Shown one piece after another: positions 1 to 10,105 of a stretch of 32,000 bases of DNA. Source of the DNA: Candidatus Harpocratesius repetitus (GTDB taxonomy: Archaea > Asgardarchaeota > Lokiarchaeia > Sigyniarchaeales > Promethearchaeaceae). The stretch is from positions 2,490,001 to 2,522,000 of the forward strand of contig JAIZWK010000001.1 in NCBI GenBank assembly GCA_021498095.1, given 5' to 3'. Position 1 is the first letter of the stretch; each line of letters opens with the position of its first letter. Position numbers and translations under genes: made by a program. The notes under the pieces were generated by a model, which saw only the letters and a program-made list of their open reading frames with translations, was not told the DNA's origin and did not search any database.

Positions 1-1
1 A

Positions 2-661
2 ACAATAGCTGATGGAGAATCTCCATTATATTCAATCAAAATTGGTTATATTTCACCATTATTTGATGATTATATTGTTGTTTTTAATGATGCTTGCCGA
101 AATTTGGGAATTAAACTTGATTCTATTTCATATGATCAAGCCAATTTCATTGGATTTATCACTTCAAATAGCGACGAGGATATTAAAAATACTTTTGATT
201 GTTTTGTAATGGGAGTCGGCTTTGGAACATCTATCTACCATCTATTAATGCGTTTGCACTTAAGTACAGGATTCTTTAATATTGCTACTCTCAATGATAC
301 AATAGTAGATGATTTGATCAACGATTTCTTAACTGCAAGTAATAATGCAGAACGTCAAGATATTGCAAATCAAATTGCAGATCGAATTCAAAATGTTCTT
401 TTTGCATATATTTGGATTGATCAAGCAAAAAACCAAATTGCATATCAAAATAAATGGACTGGAATAAATCCATATATCTTTCTTAGTCGAACTGTAAAAT
501 TAGCTGGGAGCTCTTCAGATGATACTGGAAATGATGATTCTGGTGAAAAAATAGGAATTCCTGGATATTCAACTGGTTTTATAGGAATTGCTGGAATGCT
601 TTCAATATTATTCATAACTCGTAAACGAAAACAGAACAACATAAAAACAAACAAATTGTAA
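2..661 (+). CDS. C-terminal part of an ABC transporter extracellular solute-binding protein (family 5, peptide-type) with a Loki-CTERM-like sorting/anchor tail; 5' end outside window
   Basis: Frame is open from position 2 (TIADGESPLYSIKIGY...), so the track start at 104 is not the true start. RQDIANQIADRIQNVLFAYIWI resembles the family-5 SBP C-terminal helix. It is followed by an S/D/G linker and IPGY-hydrophobic helix-RKRK tail. Confidence 0.7.
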   Translation, partial: TIADGESPLYSIKIGYISPLFDDYIVVFNDACRNLGIKLDSISYDQANFIGFITSNSDEDIKNTFDCFVMGVGFGTSIYHLLMRLHLSTGFFNIATLNDTIVDDLINDFLTASNNAERQDIANQIADRIQNVLFAYIWIDQAKNQIAYQNKWTGINPYIFLSRTVKLAGSSSDDTGNDDSGEKIGIPGYSTGFIGIAGMLSILFITRKRKQNNIKTNKL

Positions 662-725
662 GTTAATTTCTATTTTTTTTTTTAGGTTTTCTTTTTTTCA
701 TTAGATTTTTTTTCTTTTTTCCATT
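662..725 (+). terminator. Oligo-T tract, archaeal-type terminator candidate
   Basis: Several T7-T11 runs immediately after the stop at 661. Confidence 0.45.
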
Positions 726-975
726 TTCACTATTTATCTTTACCTTTCTTTAGGCTATTTATTTGTTATAAGACCTGGAACAGTTAATATTACTTTTGTG
801 TGTTTTCTACTAATAATTGGGATGGAATCTAATATTAATAACAAGTATTTCAAAATAAAAATCAAATTAAGGAATTTGAAAAACAATGGAACCCTTATCT
901 TATAAAAATTAACGAGCATAGAAATGATTACTTAATAGAATGATGTTGATTCAAAAACTAATGTGATGATTTTTC

Positions 976-2310
976 ATGGATGAACAAAATCCCAATCTAT
1001 CTTTCAATCATAATATTACAAAAATAGATGAAAAAGCAAAAGAATCAGAAGATAAACGAAATTTCTCAATGTATATTCAATTCTGGATAGGTCAAGTATT
1101 TTCACTCATGGGTTCCGCAATAGTATCATTTATTATTATTTGGCAGCTTTCAGAAATGGAACCAGGAAATAATACATTAATTTCTGTAGCGTTTTTCGTA
1201 AGCTTTTTTCCACAAATAGTCATTTCTCCACTGGCAGGAGTAATCGCTGATAAAATGAATAAAAAAATAATAATAATAATCAGTGATTTTGCACAAGCGA
1301 CCTTAACCTTGATTTTGATTATTCTATTTGCCTTAGGAGTGGTTGAAATATGGCATATTTTATTATTAATCTTCTTTAGAGGCATTTGTCAAGCATTTCA
1401 AGCCCCGATTTCTATTGCAATTATTCCTCTTATGGTTCCTAAGGATAAAATGACTCGAGTCAATGGTTTAAATTATCTTTTATCCAGCCTAATCAATATG
1501 ATCAGCCCAATTGTTGGAGCATGGCTTTTAATTGTTTTATCGCCTTCTCAAGCATTATGGATCGATATTTTTACATTTTTCATTGCTTTCTTCACAATTA
1601 TCAGAATAAGAATTCCCAAATCAAAAACTGAAACTACTAACTTTGATGAGATTCAAGAAAAACAAAAGAAGATTAGTTTTTTTAGTGAAATAAAGGCAGG
1701 ATTGGATGTAATTCATGATATAAAAGGATTAGGTAGTGTAATTATCATGGCGATTTTTCTGAATTTTATCTTTATGCCTGTTGATGCGTTGATGATTAAT
1801 TTTATAAAAATAAACCACGGAGGCACCAAAGTCGAATTAGGATATTTTATGGCTGCCCTTCAATTAGGAATGTTATTAGGAGCCTTATTAACAATACTTG
1901 TTAAAAAATGGCGGAATTGGTTTGCTTGGATAATTCTTGGGTTAGTAAGTGAAGCATTAGCTTATCTTGCTTTAGGGCTGATTCCAGAAGGTTTCTTTAT
2001 CCTCTTATATATCGATGCTGTTATGATGCTTATTATGAATCCTATCGTGAACAGTCTTTTCTTGACGGGTATTCAAAATATTATCCCAAAAGATAAGATA
2101 GGGCGAATTTCATCAATTATCATGATGTTGAGTAATATTGCTTCTCCTATTGGATTACTTTTATCAGGAATTATTGCCGATGCGATTGGTTCAATACCAA
2201 TTATCTATATTTGTTGCGGAATTCTTACCTTAATTGTTTTAGGAATAACAGTATCGGGTAAAGGATTTCGTCAATTGACAAAAGAAGGAGAACGAATTAC
2301 AAATCAATAA
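976..2310 (+). CDS. MFS transporter, DHA3/MefA-like efflux family
   Basis: About 12 hydrophobic segments; motif A-like GVIADKMNKK; N-terminal FWIGQVFSLMGS; P-x5-R-x-N-G (PKDKMTRVNG) typical of DHA3. Confidence 0.9.
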   Translation: MDEQNPNLSFNHNITKIDEKAKESEDKRNFSMYIQFWIGQVFSLMGSAIVSFIIIWQLSEMEPGNNTLISVAFFVSFFPQIVISPLAGVIADKMNKKIIIIISDFAQATLTLILIILFALGVVEIWHILLLIFFRGICQAFQAPISIAIIPLMVPKDKMTRVNGLNYLLSSLINMISPIVGAWLLIVLSPSQALWIDIFTFFIAFFTIIRIRIPKSKTETTNFDEIQEKQKKISFFSEIKAGLDVIHDIKGLGSVIIMAIFLNFIFMPVDALMINFIKINHGGTKVELGYFMAALQLGMLLGALLTILVKKWRNWFAWIILGLVSEALAYLALGLIPEGFFILLYIDAVMMLIMNPIVNSLFLTGIQNIIPKDKIGRISSIIMMLSNIASPIGLLLSGIIADAIGSIPIIYICCGILTLIVLGITVSGKGFRQLTKEGERITNQ

Positions 2311-2373
2311 AAAGATTAAAAAAACTTTTTTCTTTTTTCTTTTTACTATGATCACTTAATTGTATAATTATTA

Positions 2374-2721
2374 TCAAAGTATTTTTGTTGGTTGATTTTG
2401 AGGTGTTGGGGTCTTTATCACCAAAAATTTGAAATCTTTAGTGTTAGATTCTTCATTAAATAAACGATGAACTATTCCTGCAGGGCTAAAAACAATTTCA
2501 TCTTTTGATAATGTTTCGATTTCATCCCCAATTTCCACTTTTCCAATTCCATCCAAACCATAAAAACACGCATCTACAGGAGTTATATGCTTTTTAAGAG
2601 TTTCACCTGGTTTTAATGTAATGTGAATATAACTTGCATAGGGAAATTCGAGGAGTTTACGTACTGCAACTTTATGTGGTGTGGAAGAAATATCTTGTTC
2701 TGCTACAACTATTTTTTTCAT
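2374..2721 (-). CDS. Cupin domain protein
   Basis: LKPGETLKKHITP...GKVEIGDE...IVFSPAGIVHRLFN matches the two cupin motifs. Confidence 0.9.
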   Translation of the reverse strand: MKKIVVAEQDISSTPHKVAVRKLLEFPYASYIHITLKPGETLKKHITPVDACFYGLDGIGKVEIGDEIETLSKDEIVFSPAGIVHRLFNEESNTKDFKFLVIKTPTPQNQPTKIL

Positions 2722-2865
2722 ATTAAATTCCGTTAATTAAGAAGAAGTTGAGATTGATGAATATTGTGCTTATTTTCAATAATCTATCCTTAGATTTTTT
2801 TGAATATTATTATCCATTTTAATGCTTAAGCTTATTTTTAATTGTAGCATTCCTTTGATACTTGA

Positions 2866-3465
2866 TTGGATATGGATTCACTATTACTTTTGCCAGATAT
2901 ACCTATAAAAGACTGCGGCGAAATGACCAGATATTTTTTAGTTCACGACATTATGACATTTCAAGCCGCTTGTTTGTATGTTCATGATTTACCCTATGGA
3001 TATAATACAGATAAGGATAATAAATGGAGTCTGTTTCAAGAAAATAAAGGATCATGTACTACAAAACACGGAGTTATTGCAACACTTGCTCAAGAACTTA
3101 ATCTTCCTGTTAAAAAAAATGTAGGTATATACCGATTTACAGAAGAAATCTGCACAGGAACTCAAAGAATCTTGGATAAATATAGTATTCCGTATATTCC
3201 AATGGTTCATTGCTTTTTGAAATATAAGGATTATCGTTTTGACTTGACTGAAGGAAATCTTAATGGGAAAAATAAATCCATTGAAAATTTCATTCATATT
3301 GAAGAAGTCGAACCCTTTATTACACGTAAAAACGAATATCTGTTATTCAAAAAAGTATTAAAGGAAAAAATTCTTAGATCCCCTGAAATGAGAAATATCA
3401 AAGAAATTACATTATTAAAAGCGCGAGAAGAAGCTATTCATCTACTTCATTCAAAAATCGAATAA
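2866..3465 (+). CDS. Transglutaminase-like (Cys-His-Asp) hypothetical protein; true start probably ATG 2872
   Basis: GSCTTKH (Cys), MVHCFL (His) and RFDLTEG (Asp) in transglutaminase-like order. Confidence 0.6.
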   Translation: MDMDSLLLLPDIPIKDCGEMTRYFLVHDIMTFQAACLYVHDLPYGYNTDKDNKWSLFQENKGSCTTKHGVIATLAQELNLPVKKNVGIYRFTEEICTGTQRILDKYSIPYIPMVHCFLKYKDYRFDLTEGNLNGKNKSIENFIHIEEVEPFITRKNEYLLFKKVLKEKILRSPEMRNIKEITLLKAREEAIHLLHSKIE

Positions 3466-3843
3466 TCTATTTGAGGATATTTTATCTTTTTTAATTTAAA
3501 CGCTTTTTTGAATATCATTTATATATATCTGACTTAAATCTGAAATATAGCAATTCTTTTTTTGTCGAACTCGATTTTTTCAAAGAATTTGTTAAAAATT
3601 TACCATCCTGTTTATAAATTCTTCAATCTAATGTCTATTTTATTATAATTCTTGATTTACATATTTTGAATTTGGCACCTTGGTAAAATCGACAAAAAAT
3701 AAGAAAGGATATTTTAGAATTGAGTCGGGAAAATTAAGATGATAAAATGAAAAACTTCGAATCTTTAAAATTTAAAATACCCTCATTTGCATTTTCTAAT
3801 TTTTAGCAAGGTTTTTTTTAATATTGCTCCTTGATAAACTGCG

Positions 3844-5526
3844 ATGAACGCAACAGAACAATATCAAAAAGCTTGGATACCAATGCTTTCATTAAATGGA
3901 TTTGCGATAATTTGTATGATTATAGGAATAACAACTCCAGTGTTTTCAGCAATTTCTATTTTTTGTGCTTGGACGGTTTGGATTGTTCAAATCGGAAGTT
4001 ATATTTTCATAAGTATTATTGGATTTCGAGGAAAACTTTCACGGATAAATTATGGATTATTAATTGGTTGGTTATTTATTTCAATATTGCTTCAATTAGG
4101 AATTTATATGCAAAAGTACCAATTATCTGCAAAATACGAGAATAGTTGGGGTGAAATAGCACCAAGTCTAATCAAATGGAGAATTTTCCAAATAATTGTT
4201 CTTATTTTACCCATAATTATTACTTTTTGCTGGAAAAAGAACGAATCTATGGAAATAAAAGAATCTCATTCTACATTATTACAGTATATTCGATTAACTG
4301 CTTTTTTTATCGCTCAATTCACTGGAGTTTTGCTTTTTCTCTCAGGGATACTCTTTACTGTCTTGTTGTGGATTTATGTCAACGGAGATTTTTGGGGTTA
4401 TTTAGGAATTATGGGTTTAAATTTTCCAACTGAAATGCCAATTATAATTTTGCTCGGTATTCTTCTAACTTTCTCACTAATTCAAGAAAAAAATAATTTT
4501 AATAAAAAAAAGAGAAATTATTTAATCCCAAAGCTTAAAAAAATTTATATTCCCATTTCCATCCTAATCATTCTTCTTATGTTAATACCAATTCTTTTTA
4601 TCCCATTTAATCTTAAATCAGCTAAGGAAACTTTTCCAAATCGATGGAATACTGAAGATCCTACCTTTTTGGAGAAGCCTTATTCTTTCTCTTCTCAAAT
4701 TTTTGGTCGAACTGTTCCAGAATGTAAAGTTCAAGAAGATATTCTCTTTTTCAATGGCTCTCAGAGTTCTTTTCCCCAAGATCACAATCTTTTACTTCAT
4801 TTTGATGTTTATTCTCCCCTAAAATCATCAGAAAATCTCCCAGGACACAATGCAACCATTATTCGGATTCATGGAGGATATTGGGTACAAGGTGATACAA
4901 AAATGATGGTGCAGCAATGTCGTTACTTTGCAGCTCAAGGATATATTGTCTTCGATATTCAATATGGATTGCATAATTCGACATCAAATACTCCTACGAA
5001 TATAAAAGGTAATTTCACACATGATGATATGGTTCGTCAAGTTGGAAATTTTACTCATTATCTTGAAACACATGCTGATGAATATGGCGCAGATCTTAAT
5101 AGAACTGTGGTTTTTGGTGCATCTGCCGGTACCACTTTAGCGATGGCAATAGTATATGGACAATCTGATTCACGATTTTCTGAATGGATTTCACAGAAAA
5201 TCAATTTTGTGGGATTATATTTGTTTTATCCTGCCAGTGGATATCAAAAAAACCGCGATGTTATAGGAACTCCCGACTTATTAACACCAGAAGTGTTAAT
5301 TAAAGCAAATTCCCCCCCTTGCCTAATTTTTACAGGCACTCGAGATCAGTTAATTAATCCAGATGTTTCTCAAGAGATTAAATTAAAATATGATAATGCG
5401 GGAAATGAAGAATGTGTGGTAATTTGGTTGAAATTTTATTCGCATGCTTTCGCTTGGAATGAATATAATTCTGGATCTCAAATTGCTTTATATTATACAG
5501 AAAGATTTCTTAAAGCAATCACATGA
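3844..5526 (+). CDS. Membrane-anchored alpha/beta hydrolase (HGG-type esterase/lipase)
   Basis: About 7 N-terminal TM segments, then IHGGYW, YFAAQGYIV, nucleophile GASAG, GTRD (Asp) and SHAF (His). Confidence 0.88.
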   Translation: MNATEQYQKAWIPMLSLNGFAIICMIIGITTPVFSAISIFCAWTVWIVQIGSYIFISIIGFRGKLSRINYGLLIGWLFISILLQLGIYMQKYQLSAKYENSWGEIAPSLIKWRIFQIIVLILPIIITFCWKKNESMEIKESHSTLLQYIRLTAFFIAQFTGVLLFLSGILFTVLLWIYVNGDFWGYLGIMGLNFPTEMPIIILLGILLTFSLIQEKNNFNKKKRNYLIPKLKKIYIPISILIILLMLIPILFIPFNLKSAKETFPNRWNTEDPTFLEKPYSFSSQIFGRTVPECKVQEDILFFNGSQSSFPQDHNLLLHFDVYSPLKSSENLPGHNATIIRIHGGYWVQGDTKMMVQQCRYFAAQGYIVFDIQYGLHNSTSNTPTNIKGNFTHDDMVRQVGNFTHYLETHADEYGADLNRTVVFGASAGTTLAMAIVYGQSDSRFSEWISQKINFVGLYLFYPASGYQKNRDVIGTPDLLTPEVLIKANSPPCLIFTGTRDQLINPDVSQEIKLKYDNAGNEECVVIWLKFYSHAFAWNEYNSGSQIALYYTERFLKAIT

Positions 5527-5651
5527 TCTATAAAAATCTTTTATATTTTTTACATCATATATTACCAAAAATCAAAATTTTCAAATAATCTGCGCTTTTT
5601 TATTTTTTAGCTAATATTTTATCACTTATATTTAAGGATAATGAAATTTTA

Positions 5652-6341
5652 ATGAGCACTTCAATCTATTGCGATAAACAATTTAGAGAATATATTTCAA
5701 TTTGGGGAGATTCCATTATAAATCTAATAAAGATTCAATTTATTGTATTAATCATAACAACTACAGAACAACTCTCAAATATTTTTAAAATTCAAGATTT
5801 AATTGATATAGCGTATTTAATGTTATTTCTTTTTTCAATTTGGTTATTTGTTCGATATCTGCGATATTTAGTTGCATTGAAGCAAATTGTCAAATTTTCT
5901 AAGGATCCTACTTTAAAAAATTTCTTTCTGATTGAAATTATTACGTTACTTGGTGCTATTTTAGTTAATTTTGTGGAATTTTTCTTAAATATTTCTTATA
6001 ACTCTTGGATAATTCATTACACTATTTCTTTACCAATCTTTATTCTCTCCTTAATATCAGTACTTCTTTTATCTAAATGGCAAAAGAACTTATTCGAAGA
6101 AGATATAGAACCTGATTTATTTGAAGCAATGAAGAAGGGTATCAATCTTTTATTTATAGGCGCAATTCTAAATTTTATTCCTCAATTTGATAATATTCTT
6201 ATCATAGTAAGCTTTTTTTCTGCTCTTTTAAGTATTCTTGGTTTTTGGAAATTTGGAAAAGCTCTTATTATAGAATTTGGTGGAGGAGAATTAGATAGAA
6301 TTTACGATACTCCAACACCTGAAATGTATGAAGGATTATGA
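5652..6341 (+). CDS. Hypothetical integral membrane protein
   Basis: 229-aa ORF with several hydrophobic helices and no recognised motif. Confidence 0.7.
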   Translation: MSTSIYCDKQFREYISIWGDSIINLIKIQFIVLIITTTEQLSNIFKIQDLIDIAYLMLFLFSIWLFVRYLRYLVALKQIVKFSKDPTLKNFFLIEIITLLGAILVNFVEFFLNISYNSWIIHYTISLPIFILSLISVLLLSKWQKNLFEEDIEPDLFEAMKKGINLLFIGAILNFIPQFDNILIIVSFFSALLSILGFWKFGKALIIEFGGGELDRIYDTPTPEMYEGL

Positions 6342-6389
6342 GTTAATGATATTTAAGTATGTGAGAATTTGGTGTAATTATAATAAAAT

Positions 6390-6417
6390 AAAAGTGAAAA
6401 AGTGAAAAAGTGAAAAA
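6390..6417. repeat. 8-bp tandem repeat (AAAAGTGA x3) directly upstream of ATG 6420
   Basis: GTGA cores at 6394, 6402 and 6410. Confidence 0.85.
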
Positions 6418-6419
6418 TT

Positions 6420-7331
6420 ATGGTAATTACTTCCCTAAATATTGTTCCTCATGGAATGCAGATAATTCCGGGATTGGATCCGAAAGCATCTCCTGAATTT
6501 TCCAAAATGCATCAGTCAATGTTAGAATTGATTAAAATTCTTCGAAAAGAAAATCCTGATACCATTGTATTATTTACACCTCATGGGTATCGGCTTGAAC
6601 AAAAATTTTGTCTATACTATGCAGACACCCTACGCGCCTATTACCCAATATTAAACAGATCTAATGTGGATGGAACCCAAATTCACTCTACTATCGAATT
6701 CTCAAGTGATATTGTATTATTAGATGATATTTGGGAAAAATTCAACTCATTAAAGAATCCCCCATTTAAATTGGATAGAATTACATTAGGAACAAAAAAT
6801 TATCCCATTCCTCTTGGATGGGGCGCGAGTGTTCCGTTATATTACTGCAATCAACCTGATTTTCATCCAAAGATTGTCGTTGTTTCACTTCCTCGTGCGA
6901 GACTAAATATTATCAAATTTTATTCCGCGTTGAAAAGTTGTGGAGAATTCTTTGGAGAAATTGCGTTAAATACAAATAAAAAGTTTAGCATTTTCTTTAG
7001 TGGAGATTTAGCTCATACACATCAAGATTCGGAGAATTTTTCATTCCATCCATCAAGCAGGAAATATGATGAAGCAGTAATCACTTGGCTTCAAAATATT
7101 TCAAATAATAAGACCTTTAACACAATTCCTAAGGTAATTTTTGATTATGAAAGAAAAGCGCTTGCATGTGGATTGTCAACGCTTTCAATAATGGAAGGAT
7201 TTATTCATGTTATGCATAAAAGAAAAGGAGATGGAGATAGATACAGTGATTTGTCATTGAAATCCAAAATTCTTCAATATCTTCATCCTACTTACTTCGG
7301 TATGGTATTAAGCCATATCAGCTTAAATTAA
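6420..7331 (+). CDS. LigB/MEMO-like (class III extradiol dioxygenase superfamily) protein
   Basis: IVPHG, FTPHG, LGWGASVPLYY, FSGDLAH and ACG motifs. Confidence 0.78.
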   Translation: MVITSLNIVPHGMQIIPGLDPKASPEFSKMHQSMLELIKILRKENPDTIVLFTPHGYRLEQKFCLYYADTLRAYYPILNRSNVDGTQIHSTIEFSSDIVLLDDIWEKFNSLKNPPFKLDRITLGTKNYPIPLGWGASVPLYYCNQPDFHPKIVVVSLPRARLNIIKFYSALKSCGEFFGEIALNTNKKFSIFFSGDLAHTHQDSENFSFHPSSRKYDEAVITWLQNISNNKTFNTIPKVIFDYERKALACGLSTLSIMEGFIHVMHKRKGDGDRYSDLSLKSKILQYLHPTYFGMVLSHISLN

Positions 7332-7332
7332 C

Positions 7333-8283
7333 TTAAATCATCATGAAGTAACTACTTAGAGTATAGCGCGTCATTAAGTATAATTCACGTTTCATCATAA
7401 ATCGAGAATGGTTAATTGCAAAACCAATAGCAGAAAAAATGATAAGAGCAAAGCCAATTCTCTGGAATAATCTCGTTGAATCTCCACTAAAACGCATAAT
7501 AATTCCGACAATGCAAAGCAAAAGTAAATAAAAAAGAATTTTTAGATAACTTTGAAAATGATCTTGATAGAATTTTTGTAAAAAATTTGCTAATTCCAAA
7601 AATTCACGTATTTCTAATTGTCTGCGAGTTATTGGATTAGAATGAATGTTTATTCCCATTTTATCTAAATAATTATTAAATTCTAAAGAATGAATTTGTA
7701 AAGTAAACCGCTTTTGATTACTAAGCCTAACTAATCGAGCAATAACGAAGATTAATAAAGCAAGGAAAATTGAAGTGCTAATAATAATTTCGATTAAAAA
7801 ATGTGGGCGAGGAGCATGATTTTTCGTTCGATTTAAGAATATTATTATAAAGACTCCCGCTATAATACATAAAAATGAAAAATATGCAGAATTCCGATGA
7901 TATTTCTCTTGTAAAGCTTGAAAAGTAGGATCATCCTTTAACACAAATTTTTGATGGAGATGATAAAAATCAATTACATTTCCTCCGCGCAACTGATAAG
8001 CTCGAGTTGGAGAATAATCTTTTTCATCAGGTTGGCTTAATAAATTTATCTTATAAAAAAATCTAACCAATTGAATTAAAGATAATACAGTTGATACAAT
8101 AGCCAGTAAAAGAAATTGCTCCAAAATGGATCGATCTAAAAGTGTTGTGCTAGAATCGAGTTCTACAAGTAAGATCACAATACCAAACAAAGAAAACAGA
8201 AAAAATACAGCAACAAATGTGAGTAATTCATATGAAATAGGTTCATCTGAATTTGGAGAATTGTTTGATTCCATTATGTGCAC
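7333..8283 (-). CDS. Hypothetical integral membrane protein (ATG 8274 is an alternative start)
   Basis: 316-aa ORF with hydrophobic hairpins separated by soluble loops; convergent with and abutting the LigB-like gene. Confidence 0.7.
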   Translation of the reverse strand: MHIMESNNSPNSDEPISYELLTFVAVFFLFSLFGIVILLVELDSSTTLLDRSILEQFLLLAIVSTVLSLIQLVRFFYKINLLSQPDEKDYSPTRAYQLRGGNVIDFYHLHQKFVLKDDPTFQALQEKYHRNSAYFSFLCIIAGVFIIIFLNRTKNHAPRPHFLIEIIISTSIFLALLIFVIARLVRLSNQKRFTLQIHSLEFNNYLDKMGINIHSNPITRRQLEIREFLELANFLQKFYQDHFQSYLKILFYLLLLCIVGIIMRFSGDSTRLFQRIGFALIIFSAIGFAINHSRFMMKRELYLMTRYTLSSYFMMI

Positions 8284-8466
8284 TATATCTGCTCCCTCTT
8301 CTTTTAAAATTATAAAATATACAATCTATTCTGTTTATTTTAGATAATCTCATTATTTTTGATATATTTATGATTATTTATCGTTTTAATTTTTATTTAT
8401 GAAAAACTACTGTTTATGATAAAGGATCTATATCACACTACTTATAAAAAATTGTGGGTTTTTCAA

Positions 8467-9195
8467 TCAACCAAAATCAATATGATCAATTTGACAAAAT
8501 AATAATCCATTTGTTAATAAGATGATTGAAAGCGCGAAGATCCAAAATTTTTGAAAGAATCCAGGACGAATTTGAGCGATATAACTAAGAAGATAAAGAA
8601 TCGATAATCCAAGAAAAACAAAGGCAAAAATTCGATAAAATGAAGACATTTCGATAAATACACCCACTTTTTTATAAAAAATTAACAAAGCAATATTGAC
8701 AGCGGTCATTCCAGCAAAAACGCAAGCTGTTGCAAAAATATGCATCCATTTTACTTGATCAATTGGTATTAATCCTTGAATAAACATACTGAATGCAGTA
8801 AAATACAGAAAAAAAACTAAAAGATTCATATGTTTTAAATAGATATAATAATGACGTAAAAGAATTCCGAACATCATTGCAATGTTTGCCATTAAAACAC
8901 AAAAGATAAGATAAAACCAATAAGCACGCATATTAGAAATGCCGTGTACTTGCATTTGTCCAATATAACTAACAGGATGGAGAAAAAATCTATGATTATA
9001 AGATGTTACATTTCGAGCTATAAATAAACTGATGAAACTAAACAAAAAGTGAAGATAAAAGAGAATTTGAAAAGTTGTTTTTGAAAATTGAAAATACTTG
9101 TTGCAAATTACAAAAAAAAACACATAACAAATACTTGCAATTAAATATTTCCCGTTTAAATTCTTTTTTAGAATTAGTTCTCTCTTCTCATTCAT
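8467..9195 (-). CDS. DUF998/Frag1-DRAM-Sfk1-like membrane protein, paralog 1
   Basis: About 6 TMs; HPVSYIGQ and GLIPIDQVKWMH motifs. Confidence 0.6.
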   Translation of the reverse strand: MNEKRELILKKNLNGKYLIASICYVFFFVICNKYFQFSKTTFQILFYLHFLFSFISLFIARNVTSYNHRFFLHPVSYIGQMQVHGISNMRAYWFYLIFCVLMANIAMMFGILLRHYYIYLKHMNLLVFFLYFTAFSMFIQGLIPIDQVKWMHIFATACVFAGMTAVNIALLIFYKKVGVFIEMSSFYRIFAFVFLGLSILYLLSYIAQIRPGFFQKFWIFALSIILLTNGLLFCQIDHIDFG

Positions 9196-9267
9196 CGTCT
9201 ATTCTTCTGTTCAAATTTTATTCTTCAATTTTTTATTCATTCATATATTCTTATTTTTTTTATTTAT

Positions 9268-9993
9268 TTATAGATAAGTGATGATTTGAATTAGGCCCTC
9301 AATTTGAGCCAATAATCCAATAAAACTTCCGATAAACCAAAAATTCTGGAATAAAGAAGCTTTTTTTTGGATGATATAAGCAATTAAATAAAGTGAAGCA
9401 CCGATAAGATGAATTATTCCTCCAATATAAACCATAATTGATACAAACACGCTATATCTTTGCATGTATAAAAAATAGGCAGTAATTATAATAGTAATCG
9501 CATAATGAAGTCCAAAAAGTGTAAATGTAACCATTAAATGTTGCGGGCGCGATTCATTTATTGGAATTATCCCCATAAGAATAACTAAAACTACACAAAT
9601 ATAAAGAACAAATGCAGTTGCTTGTAAATATGGATTAAAAGAAAAATAATTTCGAAGAATTGCAGCTATAAAATAAAACATTGAAGCAAATCCTAAGAAA
9701 AAAACTTGAACAACATACATAGCCCGAGTATTAGGTTGATTAAAAACATTAGTTTGACCCAAATAACAAACAGGATGCTTTTTAAAACTGTGGGGATAAA
9801 CTGCAATTTTTGCTGCAATTTGAGCACCTGTATAAGAGATAGGAATAAATAGAACATACAACCAATTTGGATGAAAAATTGGGATTTTCATAAAAAGATC
9901 GGAAAGAATAATAATTAAAATCACTAAAATAGTGATAATGATTCGGAGATTTCTTCCAAATTGTGCCATAATATTCTTCTCTACTCTTTTCAA
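9268..9993 (-). CDS. DUF998/Frag1-DRAM-Sfk1-like membrane protein, paralog 2 (start TTG 9993 or ATG 9969)
   Basis: About 6 TMs; HPVCYLGQ and GIIPINESRPQH align with paralog 1. Confidence 0.6.
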   Translation of the reverse strand: MKRVEKNIMAQFGRNLRIIITILVILIIILSDLFMKIPIFHPNWLYVLFIPISYTGAQIAAKIAVYPHSFKKHPVCYLGQTNVFNQPNTRAMYVVQVFFLGFASMFYFIAAILRNYFSFNPYLQATAFVLYICVVLVILMGIIPINESRPQHLMVTFTLFGLHYAITIIITAYFLYMQRYSVFVSIMVYIGGIIHLIGASLYLIAYIIQKKASLFQNFWFIGSFIGLLAQIEGLIQIITYL

Positions 9994-10076
9994 ATAAATG
10001 ATTAGAAATTATTTATATTATAATAAATATATTGGGATACTCTTTTCAAATAAATGATTAGAAATTATTTATATTA
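9982..10076. repeat. Exact 39-bp direct repeat x2 (period 56 bp)
   Basis: TACTCTTTTCAAATAAATGATTAGAAATTATTTATATTA at 9982-10020 and 10038-10076, separated by 17 bp. Confidence 0.95.
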
Positions 10077-10105
10077 AAAAAATTTTAATAAAATGTGAAT
10101 AAAGA

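Noticed and set aside
9982-10076. 39-bp repeat as a mini-CRISPR
   Set aside because: Only two copies, a 17-bp spacer, overlap with a gene start, and no leader or cas genes.
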